Positions 17,421-26,476 of a stretch of 64,000 nt of DNA are shown here, piece after piece. The translations under genes and the position numbers were made by a program. This stretch comes from a virus: IMG/VR virus record IMGVR_UViG_3300045988_159027. One strand, given 5' to 3'. Position 1 is the stretch's first letter. Every line of letters begins with the position of its first letter. The notes under the pieces were generated by a model that searched no databases, was not told the origin of the DNA, and was given only the letters and a program-made list of their open reading frames with translations.

Positions 17421-17741
17421 ATGGCATATTACGTAAAAGTGACAAAACAGGTGTCTGATAAGATGAATCTTACTGCAATACGCAATAAGACTGCGGATGG
17501 AAACGTGCTGCTGTGGCAGGCAGATTTAAATAGAATTGAAGGTGATACCATATTTGAACGCGCAGAGCGGATAGGCGGAAAGGCTATTACAGCTCAGGAA
17601 GCCAAGGCTGAAACAGACGGTACAGAAAATCCTTCCGAAGTATATACACCTGACGAATATAAGGAAGATACGCCTAGCGTCTTGCCGGAGATATCAAATG
17701 ACACCGTATCTACTGAAGCAGAGGAAGGAGGTACATTATGA
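17421..17741 (+). CDS. hypothetical late protein
   Basis: 106-aa ORF that overlaps the next gene by 4 nt. Confidence 0.6.
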   Translation: MAYYVKVTKQVSDKMNLTAIRNKTADGNVLLWQADLNRIEGDTIFERAERIGGKAITAQEAKAETDGTENPSEVYTPDEYKEDTPSVLPEISNDTVSTEAEEGGTL

Positions 17742-18793
17742 GTGAAGCAAGTGTATCACGGCAAGTAGTGTATGTGCGGAAAGGCAGCGTATATATGCCT
17801 TTCCTTCAGTCGAACATGGGAGACTTATATCAGGAGTACCAGGGTACAGCAGATAATCCGACAAATATCACGCCGGATTTCACTACGTTGACTCCGATGT
17901 TGAGTTACATCATCACCTCTTCTTTGGCCGCTGCCGGGATTGTGGTTCCTTCGTCAGTTAAATGGTTTTTCAATGATACGGAACTTACGTTTGGAAGCAA
18001 CAAACTTTCTACGAATACTTTTGGTGGCGAAACTGGCCATTTTGAGAACGTACCGTATTCTTCCGGAACACAAAATTATTTTGCACTGAAGATAAAGAAG
18101 AACCTGGTGAAGGCATCTGCAGGTGCTGCATGTAACATTAAAGCAGAAGCGACTATTGCAGTCGGTAATACCAGCGACAAGATACAGTGCGTGTACAGTA
18201 TACCTGTTACTGTAGGTGTGGGCAACAGTAAGCGCGTTACCATCATGGCCGGTGACAACAAGTTCTTTACACTGACTGATAAGGGAGACTCCTGTATCCT
18301 CAAGGCTGTAGCGTGGATAGGTAGCGATGAACTCAATGCTGGTCAGGCATACAAGTGGTACACGCTAAAGTCAGGTTCCTGGTCTGTGTTGGACGGGCAG
18401 ACAAAACAAAGTTTGACCGTTACCAATGATATGGTAGATACCACCGGACAATTCAAGGTCGAAGTGTACCAGAACGGAAACCTTATCGGGATGGATGTCC
18501 AGACGGTAGTAGATGCTTCTGACCCGTTCGACATTATTACCAACCCCAATCCAGAAAGCGAAACGATTGAGCAGGGAAGCGGTGGTACGGTAGTCTATAC
18601 GCCAATACTCGTCAAACGTGGAAGTACAACCAAGTACAAGGAAATGAAGTTCTACTTTGTATTCACGGACAGTGCAGGTAATATTCTTAATCCAAGTACA
18701 GCTACTACGCCATCTGCAACAGGGACCGTAACTGAAGCTATGTGTGAACAGGCATCTGGTAATGTGGCTGTATCAATAACTACGGAGGAGTAG
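17738..18793 (+). CDS. tail-associated hypothetical protein
   Basis: 351-aa beta-rich ORF. Confidence 0.6.
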   Translation: MSEASVSRQVVYVRKGSVYMPFLQSNMGDLYQEYQGTADNPTNITPDFTTLTPMLSYIITSSLAAAGIVVPSSVKWFFNDTELTFGSNKLSTNTFGGETGHFENVPYSSGTQNYFALKIKKNLVKASAGAACNIKAEATIAVGNTSDKIQCVYSIPVTVGVGNSKRVTIMAGDNKFFTLTDKGDSCILKAVAWIGSDELNAGQAYKWYTLKSGSWSVLDGQTKQSLTVTNDMVDTTGQFKVEVYQNGNLIGMDVQTVVDASDPFDIITNPNPESETIEQGSGGTVVYTPILVKRGSTTKYKEMKFYFVFTDSAGNILNPSTATTPSATGTVTEAMCEQASGNVAVSITTEE

Positions 18794-18795
18794 GT

Positions 18796-19797
18796 ATGAC
18801 ATTAGCAAGCAAAACAACTGAGGTAAAATTTCTTCAAAAAGGCCCTCAAGGGAATAAAGGGGCTAAACTTCGTATGAGAGACTGGAAGGAAGGAGAGGAG
18901 TTCCTTGCTGGTGCAGAAGGAGAAGCATATTACGATGTTGTTAATTATTTTGACAAACTTTATTTGACTATTGTGTCTCATACTGCAAAATCAGGTGTTA
19001 ATGACCCTATTACTTCAGTGTCACAGCAAAAAGGTTTTTGGGAATTAGCACAGGACTGGACATTTATTGCGACTAAACTTTTGCTTGCAGAGAAAATATC
19101 GGCCGAAGAAATTGATGCAGACGGACTTGTTGCGAAGAATGTGAATATAACTGGTAAGATATATGCAGAAGAAGGTGAACTTGGGAAAATGACAATAAAG
19201 GCTGATTCAGCAGATGATGGTTTGTTTTTAAAGGATGATACTTATGGTTCTGAAATGTCTCTAAAATCTAGGATGTTTATGAGCATCCCATATAATGTGT
19301 TTGCTGTTAATCCTGGAAGAGACCAGTCAAATGTATTGCTTTACGTAAAAAAACGTAGAGGTAATTCTTTAGACAGGGCTTTGTATGTAGATGGCGTTGC
19401 TGAAGTTTATGGCAGATTGGGCGTTGGTAGAGGTAAGGATACAGGATTTAATCAGTTCTATCCGGCGCTTGTCGCTGAGGGTATTAGCTGTTATGGTCAA
19501 TTTTGCCTTCCGATTAAAACAGTGACTTCAACTTCTTCTTTAGACTCGACTTCCAGTTATGTGGTTTTGAATTTTTCTTCTTCCGGTGGATATATACGTC
19601 TACCTTCCACCAACCTGACAGATGGACAGACTATTATTATAAGGAATATAGGTTCTAATAATGTCACGGTGTATGGTAATATGAAAAATGAAAGCAATAG
19701 TAGTATTACACAATATACATTCAGAACTGGAGGACGATTACACGTTCATACTTATTATCAGAATGGTAATTACTGGCTTGTAAACAATCTTAATTAA
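18796..19797 (+). CDS. tail fibre protein (probable)
   Basis: Has a short collagen-like KGPQGNKGAK near the N-terminus and a beta-rich C-terminus. Composition switches abruptly to AT-rich here. Confidence 0.5.
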   Translation: MTLASKTTEVKFLQKGPQGNKGAKLRMRDWKEGEEFLAGAEGEAYYDVVNYFDKLYLTIVSHTAKSGVNDPITSVSQQKGFWELAQDWTFIATKLLLAEKISAEEIDADGLVAKNVNITGKIYAEEGELGKMTIKADSADDGLFLKDDTYGSEMSLKSRMFMSIPYNVFAVNPGRDQSNVLLYVKKRRGNSLDRALYVDGVAEVYGRLGVGRGKDTGFNQFYPALVAEGISCYGQFCLPIKTVTSTSSLDSTSSYVVLNFSSSGGYIRLPSTNLTDGQTIIIRNIGSNNVTVYGNMKNESNSSITQYTFRTGGRLHVHTYYQNGNYWLVNNLN

Positions 19798-19807
19798 AAC
19801 GATAATC

Positions 19808-20074
19808 ATGAAACAAGTAGATTTTGGTAAAGTAAAAGTTCAGCTGACTTTTGAAGGTAATCCGGTTGAATTTAACATGCGTAAAGTAATAGGTAATATG
19901 ATTCGTCAGAACACTAATGATATAGGGTTAGATGAGTTTGCCAGAAAGGTATATTTTTCAGATGGCCCGGTTGAAATTCCGGATGAATATATAAAGCCTA
20001 TTTTGGGCATAGTAAAATTGAGTATGACAGTTCCAGCTCAACAAGCATTAAATGAATTATTAACAAATGAATAA
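19808..20074 (+). CDS. hypothetical protein
   Basis: 88-aa ORF in the fibre module. Confidence 0.55.
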   Translation: MKQVDFGKVKVQLTFEGNPVEFNMRKVIGNMIRQNTNDIGLDEFARKVYFSDGPVEIPDEYIKPILGIVKLSMTVPAQQALNELLTNE

Positions 20075-20085
20075 AATTTAAAATT

Positions 20086-20577
20086 ATGATACAGAAAAAA
20101 TCTTTAAAAGAAGCTATACAAAATCCGGAGATAATATCAGTTGTGGGAGGACTACTGCCAACCGCGACTCAAAGTTCTTCAGGAATTATGTCTGCAGCTA
20201 TGGCTAAAAGAATTTTCCAAGTGTATTATCAGCAAAGCAATTCATCTACCAAAATTTACAAACTGACTCCCAGTACCGGATTTGACGTATCTAAATTATA
20301 TATCTTTACAGATGTAGGTTCTTTGTCTGAGTATGTAATTCATAAGAACTTTGTTCATGAAATCATTTCTCCTATATCTGAGGTGTATTTTGTCATTGAT
20401 TTTTATCAAAATTCAGATGGAGATATATTTGTAAGAGTTCAATCAAAATCATTCGGAATAACAGTTTCATTCCACGTCGTTATTCCGGGATTCAATGGAA
20501 TCTCAACATCATTTTCTTTCACTGAAGTAAGTATTGATATTTCAGGATTAAACAGAATAGAACCTAAAAAAGTTTGA
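20086..20577 (+). CDS. tail-module protein with a switchable C-terminus (expressed orientation)
   Basis: 163-aa ORF. Codons 18-23 (SVVGGL) are the left inverted repeat. Confidence 0.7.
   Translation: MIQKKSLKEAIQNPEIISVVGGLLPTATQSSSGIMSAAMAKRIFQVYYQQSNSSTKIYKLTPSTGFDVSKLYIFTDVGSLSEYVIHKNFVHEIISPISEVYFVIDFYQNSDGDIFVRVQSKSFGITVSFHVVIPGFNGISTSFSFTEVSIDISGLNRIEPKKV
20137..20153. repeat. inverted repeat, left arm (TCAGTTGTGGGAGGACT)
   Basis: Perfect reverse complement of 21067-21083. Confidence 0.9.
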
Positions 20578-20657
20578 CATGTTTCTATCCCATTGACAGG
20601 CCCGCGGGAGGAGTAAGTTTACTTACCGCTTGATGGAATGATACTATATTTTTATAC

Positions 20658-21077
20658 TTAAAAGCTCAATGGTACTGCATCATCTGGAACAGTATCAACA
20701 TCTTCAATTTCAGAAGGAACCCCTTTTATTAGGGGGCTAATGTCAATTCTTAGATAAGCATTAGTGGTAACATAGACACTGATATTACTATTGGATTCTA
20801 TTTTATACAATAAGGATACAGCACCAGGCTTTTCACCACATAATTGTGACGCGTATACTCTTGTTATGTTCCATTTTACCGCAAGTAGATTAACTGTGGA
20901 CATTTTCCCATCAACCCCTATAAAATGTAATATACAAGAAAAAACGTGGTTTACATCTGTAGTTTTTATCGTAATTTTTGCCTTTCCATTGTCCTTTTTA
21001 TTGTATGTGTAATCAGATCTTTGCCTGTGCATTAGACCTTCCTTTTCAGGATTTGCTATCCCAATCAGTCCTCCCAC
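20658..21077 (-). CDS. silent alternative C-terminal cassette
   Basis: No ATG upstream of the repeat and an in-frame TGA at 21116..21114. Begins GGLIGIANPEKEGLM..., a diverged homologue of residues 21-163 of the plus-strand gene. Confidence 0.6.
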   Translation of the reverse strand: MGGLIGIANPEKEGLMHRQRSDYTYNKKDNGKAKITIKTTDVNHVFSCILHFIGVDGKMSTVNLLAVKWNITRVYASQLCGEKPGAVSLLYKIESNSNISVYVTTNAYLRIDISPLIKGVPSEIEDVDTVPDDAVPLSF

Positions 21078-21083
21078 AACTGA
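21067..21083. repeat. inverted repeat, right arm (AGTCCTCCCACAACTGA)
   Basis: Perfect reverse complement of 20137-20153. Confidence 0.9.
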
Positions 21084-21091
21084 ACAAAAGG

Positions 21092-21120
21092 AAAGTGAAG
21101 ATAAAAATAATCTTCACTTT
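21092..21120 (-). terminator. hairpin after the recombinase gene
   Basis: AAAGTGAAGA / TCTTCACTTT forms a 10-bp perfect stem 14 nt past the stop. Confidence 0.55.
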
Positions 21121-21133
21121 TCTTATTTTCTAA

Positions 21134-22273
21134 TTAAATAGACAGTTGTCGTATCAGAGTGCTTTCACTTGTCTGTGCATATACCATTGTCATTTTTAAG
21201 CTTCTATGACCTATTACCTTTTGTATTGTAGTAACAGGAACATCTTTGTTTACAAGTCTTGACGCACAAGTATGTCGAGCCACATGAGCTGAAACATTCT
21301 TATCTATACCTGCATGTTTTATAGCAGTTTTTAATCTGGCATTGAACAATTCCTTTTTTATACCGAAAAAATCATCAAGCCTGTAAAGATATTTATTTAT
21401 TATCTGCTCTGCTCTTCCGTCGAATATAGAAGAAATAGGTATCCTAACGCCTGTATTTGTCTTTATGGAAGTATAGGTAAGCCACATTTTCCCATTTTCT
21501 ATGGTGAAATTTTTCGGGGAGAATGAAGCAAAGTCTGATATTCTTGCTCCGGTGTAAGCCATAAAAAGGAATCTGTCAAGTGTAACAATGAATCGTGATG
21601 GAGTGTCGGTACGTGCTATGTAATTTTCAATTTTACGAATATCATCGTCAGTTAGCGACTTCATTTTATATTTCAGACGGTCTGAAAGTTTTTCATGATA
21701 AAAGTCGAAACTACCGGAAGGGACCTTGTTGCCAAACAATTTCCTGGCAATATTATAATAACACCTAAGCACATGTATCTGCATACCTATTGTAGTTTGA
21801 TTCAGACCGGCTTCACGCATATAGCGTATAAATCCCTTTGCATAATCTTCCGTAATATCGGAAACTGAACATTCTTTACAGAATTTCCTGAGATGCTTTA
21901 GCACACGTCGGTGTATTCCTTTTGTTCCTTCGCGAATATCGCGGTGTTCTATCTGATATTCCATCATCGAATAGAAGTCATTAGATGACTCACGCCCATC
22001 CCATATTTCCTTCAGCTTTGAAAGTGTAAACTCTCCGTCGTAATCAAGCTCATACTCTTCAAGCTGATAAAGCGTTTTACGGATAAACAGATTAAGTTTC
22101 CTTGCATGTGGGTTACGGATAATAAGCCCGTTTTCACCATCCCATTCATCGTGAAACACATGTACGTTTGTATCAATTAAGATACTTTTACCGAACTGTT
22201 CGCAGCGCACATATACGCTGAACATACCTGAATCAAATTCTTTGACGCAGATAGAATACTTGATTTTGTTCAT
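21134..22273 (-). CDS. tyrosine site-specific recombinase (candidate invertase and/or integrase)
   Basis: 379 aa. Motifs AYTGARISD, HVARHTCAS and GHRSLKMTMVYAQ supply the R, HxxR, H and Y residues. Has a Bacteroidales integrase-type N-terminal arm-like domain. Confidence 0.9.
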   Translation of the reverse strand: MNKIKYSICVKEFDSGMFSVYVRCEQFGKSILIDTNVHVFHDEWDGENGLIIRNPHARKLNLFIRKTLYQLEEYELDYDGEFTLSKLKEIWDGRESSNDFYSMMEYQIEHRDIREGTKGIHRRVLKHLRKFCKECSVSDITEDYAKGFIRYMREAGLNQTTIGMQIHVLRCYYNIARKLFGNKVPSGSFDFYHEKLSDRLKYKMKSLTDDDIRKIENYIARTDTPSRFIVTLDRFLFMAYTGARISDFASFSPKNFTIENGKMWLTYTSIKTNTGVRIPISSIFDGRAEQIINKYLYRLDDFFGIKKELFNARLKTAIKHAGIDKNVSAHVARHTCASRLVNKDVPVTTIQKVIGHRSLKMTMVYAQTSESTLIRQLSI

Positions 22274-22529
22274 AGAAGGTTTGTTTTATTTGGCTTGAAG
22301 GGCGGAGCAAAGTGTTGCACATCCGTCCTTCTTTTTATTGTTTTAAAGTGTAAATAAGCATTCAATTGTCAAAAAAACATACCCGTTTTATTCGGATATA
22401 AATATTTTTTGTAATTTAGCAGCGTGATAGGGAAAACAGGGATTCCCTTCTTCGATGAGAGTTTTATCAACACAGAAAGGAGACAAGCGATTGCCTCCTT
22501 TTTTGTTTTTGTCTGCCGAGAAACCGTCG

Positions 22530-22572
22530 TTTTTTTTGTCCTTCATTCTCCAATGTGCTCTTCGTAACTTTG
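22530..22572 (+). promoter_or_regulatory. phage late-promoter motif, copy 4
   Basis: T8-GTCCTTCATT (22538-22547), N17, then TAACTTTG (22565-22572). Confidence 0.6.
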
Positions 22573-22615
22573 TATTGCAACTAAAACCAAATGTTTAACT
22601 AAAAACGACGACAAA

Positions 22616-23014
22616 ATGAAAAAGATGATTTTAATGTTTGCAATGCTGATCTCTGCAGTGACCGTTTTCGCACAGGGAGCTGTAACCTCTGAACCTTCTA
22701 CTGCCGGATTTGTAATCGACCTGGGCACGTTTACCGGAATCGTAGCACTTATTTCGGCCATCGTGACACAGATCCTAAAAGTCATTCCTGCCATTTCAGA
22801 AAGCAAGTTCGCAAAAATCGGTGTGAGCGTGGCGGTAGGTATGGTGGTGTGCGTGCTGGCATGGGCGCTTCAGCTTACTCCTCTGCTCGAAGGATACCAA
22901 TGGTGGGGAACGCTTATTTACGGACTGGCTGCCGGCCTTAGCGGATGCGGTTTCTACGATGTGGTAAAAGCTATTGCCGCTCTTTTTAAGGATAATACGG
23001 AAGAGATGGAATAA
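22616..23014 (+). CDS. holin-like membrane protein
   Basis: 132 aa with an N-terminal signal-like helix plus three hydrophobic helices. First gene of the operon that contains the amidase. Confidence 0.45.
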   Translation: MKKMILMFAMLISAVTVFAQGAVTSEPSTAGFVIDLGTFTGIVALISAIVTQILKVIPAISESKFAKIGVSVAVGMVVCVLAWALQLTPLLEGYQWWGTLIYGLAAGLSGCGFYDVVKAIAALFKDNTEEME

Positions 23015-23038
23015 CGGGAAATCGGAAGGAGGCACGGA

Positions 23039-23671
23039 ATGGACGCAGAAATGGTGACGGCCATAAGCGCAGCTGTAGTTTCCGTGGGTACCTTTATTCT
23101 TACTCAGTACAATAAAATGACGCAGAAGTATCGTGACAAGATGAACGATATGAAGTTGGAACGGTACAAGCAGGAAACCGAACGTCTTAGCTTCAAGCGA
23201 AGCGAGAATACGGCAAAGGTATTCGGCGAACTGTGGAAGGTGCTCTACGAGACAAAGGCCGACAGGGTGTACATCGTACAGCCGCACCCGCTGGGTAACG
23301 CAGCCTTCCTTTCCATCTATTTCGAAGTGAAACGCAAGGGGGTGTCGGGCATGAAGGACAATGTGCAGCGGCTCCCCATGAGCGAAATGGCAGTATTCAG
23401 CAGAGGACTGGCCGAAAACCTTTTTCTCTGCTATACGGATATAGACTCTCAAGTGAAGGACAAGATGGCCAAATCCCTGTTTATAACCAATGGCTGTCGC
23501 GCCGTAGCCATAAAGAGGCTGAACAGCGCTTCCGACTGGGTAGGAAACATCTTCTGCGAGTTTACCGACGAAATGGAGGTAAGTGAGGAACAAACCCACA
23601 AGGTGCTGCACGATGCAGCGGTGAACATACAGTTCATTCTTCCGGAATACCGGGAGAATCCCTATAAATAG
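23039..23671 (+). CDS. membrane-anchored hypothetical protein
   Basis: One N-terminal TM helix (VTAISAAVVSVGTFILT) followed by a soluble domain. Confidence 0.6.
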   Translation: MDAEMVTAISAAVVSVGTFILTQYNKMTQKYRDKMNDMKLERYKQETERLSFKRSENTAKVFGELWKVLYETKADRVYIVQPHPLGNAAFLSIYFEVKRKGVSGMKDNVQRLPMSEMAVFSRGLAENLFLCYTDIDSQVKDKMAKSLFITNGCRAVAIKRLNSASDWVGNIFCEFTDEMEVSEEQTHKVLHDAAVNIQFILPEYRENPYK

Positions 23672-23700
23672 AGTTACAAACCAAAAACACAACACAAACA

Positions 23701-24276
23701 ATGGACGAAATCAGTTTTAAGAAGGGAGCTGAAGGCTATGTGGCCGAATATACTTCCGAAGGACGTACAATGGTGCAGATTCAGGGTGTGAAAATCGGAA
23801 GGCTTTCAATCTCCCAGTTTATTGACTCCATGGAACCCGTCGCAATGGATACGGTGAATTTCACAAATTCAGTAATTGAAATCAATGTACCTGCCGGCAT
23901 GAAGGTACGGCTTCTGAGCGATGTGGAGGTGAAAAAAGTCAAGGCATTGGTCATCAAGGATACCGCAGCAGCCGGCGGTGGCGGAGGAGGTGAAAGCTAT
24001 GTGCTCCCGAAAGCCAGCGACTCTGCTTTGGGAGGAATCCAGACCGGATTTTCAGAAAGCGGAAAGAACTATGCTGTAAGAGTAGACGGAGCAGGTAAAG
24101 CGTATGTCACGGTAAACTGGACAGACACCACATATACCAATGCTACAACAGGAAAGCCCGGGATTGTAAAACAGGGTGCCCATGTAACAGATGCTACAGG
24201 TTCGGAAGATGCACATACCGTACTGAACAAGCTGATTGACGAGCTTGAAAAGGCCGGGGTTCTGGCTTCTGCATAA
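23701..24276 (+). CDS. fibre-like decoration protein (head-fibre / tail-fibre repeat type)
   Basis: Has a G6 linker, then YVLPKASDSALGGIQ and the tail ...VLNKLIDELEKAGVLASA. Both are recalled as typical of phage fibre proteins. Confidence 0.35.
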   Translation: MDEISFKKGAEGYVAEYTSEGRTMVQIQGVKIGRLSISQFIDSMEPVAMDTVNFTNSVIEINVPAGMKVRLLSDVEVKKVKALVIKDTAAAGGGGGGESYVLPKASDSALGGIQTGFSESGKNYAVRVDGAGKAYVTVNWTDTTYTNATTGKPGIVKQGAHVTDATGSEDAHTVLNKLIDELEKAGVLASA

Positions 24277-24312
24277 CCACAGTCACAACACACAAACTAA
24301 ACTAGACACGAC

Positions 24313-24885
24313 ATGAGAATCTGGATTGATAACGGTCATGGTGCAGACACCAATGGGAAGCAGTCGCCCGACGGACGGTTGCGTGAATATGCCTATGCAC
24401 GCGACATTGCACGCCGTGTGGTGGATGCGCTGAAGAAGAAAGGGCTCGACGCGCAGCTGCTCGTTCCGGAAGAGGAAGACATTTCGCTTCAGGAACGGTG
24501 CGCACGCGCCAACCGGGTGAAAGACAGCATCCTGGTATCCGTCCATTGTAACGCTGCCGGAAGCGGCACGCAGTGGATGACCGCACGCGGATGGGAGGCA
24601 TGGACCAGCGTAGGTCAGACCAAGGCCGACAAACTGGCCGAATGTCTGTATCAGAGTGCGGAGCAGGTGCTGAAAGGCATGAAGATTCGCAAGGACACCG
24701 CCGACGGCGACAGCGACAAGGAAAGCGGTTTCTACATTCTGAAGCATACCATTTGCCCGGTCGTGCTGACTGAAAACCTTTTCCAGGACAATCGCGAAGA
24801 TGTGGACTTCCTTCTGTCGGATGAAGGCCGCCAGAAGATTGTCACGCTGCATGTGCAGGGAATCTGTAAATACCTGGGCGTATGA
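24313..24885 (+). CDS. N-acetylmuramoyl-L-alanine amidase (Amidase_3-type endolysin)
   Basis: Motifs MRIWIDNGHG, VSVHCNAAG and VLTENLFQDN. Confidence 0.85.
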   Translation: MRIWIDNGHGADTNGKQSPDGRLREYAYARDIARRVVDALKKKGLDAQLLVPEEEDISLQERCARANRVKDSILVSVHCNAAGSGTQWMTARGWEAWTSVGQTKADKLAECLYQSAEQVLKGMKIRKDTADGDSDKESGFYILKHTICPVVLTENLFQDNREDVDFLLSDEGRQKIVTLHVQGICKYLGV

Positions 24886-25436
24886 AACAGCTTCCGTGGA
24901 TACTGGTAGGCTTGCTGTCGGCCGCGCTCCTCTTTTCGCTTTTCTTCCGTGGATGCGCATCGCCGCAGTCTGGGAAGGGTGATACCGTATGGCTTCCCGT
25001 CAGGGTAGATACGATACGCGACACGGCAGTTGCTCCTCCCGTGTCAGAACGTCCCGCAGGAACAGACACCGCACGCCTTCCGGTATATCGTCCGCAGAAA
25101 CCGTCCGGGTCAGCTTCCATCCCGGACAGCATAGCGGATACGGTTACGGTTGTTTCTGATTCGCTTTCTACAGGGAAAGACAGCGTGGACGTGATTATTC
25201 CTCTCACAGAGAAGGAATACCGCACGGACGACTACCGGATAGTCATTTCAGGGTATCGCCCGCAACTGGTGTCGGCAGAGTTTTACCGACGCACACAGAC
25301 GGGGGTGGTAAATGCACCGGCACCGAAAAAGAAGAGGTGGGGGATAGGACTGAGCGCCGGATACGGGATAGGGCTTTCAGGGAAGACAGAACCGTTTCTG
25401 GGCGTTACGCTTAATTACAACCTGCTGCAATGGTAG
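24882..25436 (+). CDS. membrane/lipoprotein-like lysis accessory candidate
   Basis: Has an N-terminal signal helix ending FFRGC. The C-terminal GIGLSAGYGIGLSG...LNYNLLQW is beta-strand-like. Overlaps the amidase stop by 4 nt. Confidence 0.3.
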   Translation: MKQLPWILVGLLSAALLFSLFFRGCASPQSGKGDTVWLPVRVDTIRDTAVAPPVSERPAGTDTARLPVYRPQKPSGSASIPDSIADTVTVVSDSLSTGKDSVDVIIPLTEKEYRTDDYRIVISGYRPQLVSAEFYRRTQTGVVNAPAPKKKRWGIGLSAGYGIGLSGKTEPFLGVTLNYNLLQW

Positions 25437-25503
25437 CGGCAGGTTGTTTATTTAAACACAAGAGAAAAACACAGGGCAGACGTGCCCGATAAACAAAGAA
25501 ACG

Positions 25504-25809
25504 ATGAGTAAGAGTGAGATTTTTAACACCATCCTCCGCATGGTATCGGAGGAAACGGAAATACCGTCTGCACAGATCCTTTCCGGAAGGAAGGACACAG
25601 AAACGGTAGATGCACGCTATCTGCTGGTGCATTTCCTTTTTCAGAGCGGATTGAATCCGTCGTATATCGCTGCACGAATCGGAAAGACGGAGCGTGCCGT
25701 CAACCAGATTCATACCAATTTCGACCAGCGTTTCAGCACACAGAAAATATTCAGAATAAGTTGCGAAAGAATCAGGAAGAGGTTAGGAAATAACTCATTC
25801 CCAGAGTAA
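25504..25809 (+). CDS. DnaA-C-terminal-like helix-turn-helix protein
   Basis: ILSGRKDTETVDARYLLVHFLFQSGLNPSYIAARIGKTERAVNQ matches the Bac_DnaA_C pattern (recalled). Confidence 0.45.
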   Translation: MSKSEIFNTILRMVSEETEIPSAQILSGRKDTETVDARYLLVHFLFQSGLNPSYIAARIGKTERAVNQIHTNFDQRFSTQKIFRISCERIRKRLGNNSFPE

Positions 25810-25873
25810 TGCTTCGTCCGTACCTTTGTCATGTCGGGAAATAGTTCACGACACAACACAAACACAAAACAGT

Positions 25874-26386
25874 ATGACAATCAAAGGTATGGATGGCCAG
25901 AGTTACAACGTAACCGGCCAGGGACAAGGTAATTTCAACACGGTGGGGGCTGCAGCCGGCATCGCATCATTTTTGGGTATCAACGGTGGTAACATCCTGG
26001 GTCGCAATGGCTGGGGATGGAACGCAGAAGGCGTATGCTCAGACAACATGCCCGTAAGCCGTTATGAGTTGAACATGGTGGAACAACTGAACGCAAAGGA
26101 TTCAGAAATCGCTTTGCTGAAGGCTGACAAGTACACTGACCAGAAGATCGTGGAAGCCTATAAGGACTTGCAGGGTCAGATCAAGGAACTTTCAGTGGAA
26201 GTTCGCTCCAACAAGGACGCTCAGACCGCTGTCAACATGCAGCAGGCCGTTTACAACGGTACCAACACCGCTGCTCTGCAGTGTATGCAGAACAGCATCG
26301 CCGCTTTGCAGGCTATCACCAAGACATACATTCCGTCAAGCAATGTATGTCAGTCTGACTGCTGCGGATGTGTATCTGCTCAGTAA
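25874..26386 (+). CDS. hypothetical late protein (Gly-rich N-terminus, coiled coil, C-terminal CQSDCCGC)
   Basis: ATG follows a CA-rich leader. A -7 box TACCTTTG lies at 25821-25828. Confidence 0.65.
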   Translation: MTIKGMDGQSYNVTGQGQGNFNTVGAAAGIASFLGINGGNILGRNGWGWNAEGVCSDNMPVSRYELNMVEQLNAKDSEIALLKADKYTDQKIVEAYKDLQGQIKELSVEVRSNKDAQTAVNMQQAVYNGTNTAALQCMQNSIAALQAITKTYIPSSNVCQSDCCGCVSAQ

Positions 26387-26476
26387 TCAACTGCTGAAAT
26401 CCGGGGGAGGGCATCGGCCTTCCCCTTTCCCTTATGATTTTCATACTCTACACAAACAACTCAAACACGCAGCACA

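Larger units (their letters stand above)
20137..21083. other. putative invertible DNA segment (shufflon-like)
   Basis: 17-bp perfect inverted repeats, in the same codon phase, bracket two convergent homologous C-terminal cassettes. A tyrosine recombinase gene is adjacent. Confidence 0.7.

Noticed and set aside
14283-20577. Diversity-generating retroelement acting on the fibre genes.
   Set aside because: No reverse-transcriptase-like ORF (no YxDD-type motif) is present in the window. I could find no template/variable repeat pair. The variability mechanism visible here is DNA inversion instead.
22796-24960. Minus-strand ORFs 22796-23701 (301 aa) and 24283-24960 (225 aa) opposite the lysis operon.
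   Set aside because: They lie antisense to well-supported plus-strand genes, including the Amidase_3 endolysin. They have no promoter, no start context and no recognisable motifs.
25794-25828. Late-promoter motif in front of 25874.
   Set aside because: Only the -7 box (TACCTTTG) is present. The upstream CTCATT lies at the wrong spacing and lacks the T-tract and GTCC. It is kept as a plain internal promoter candidate only.
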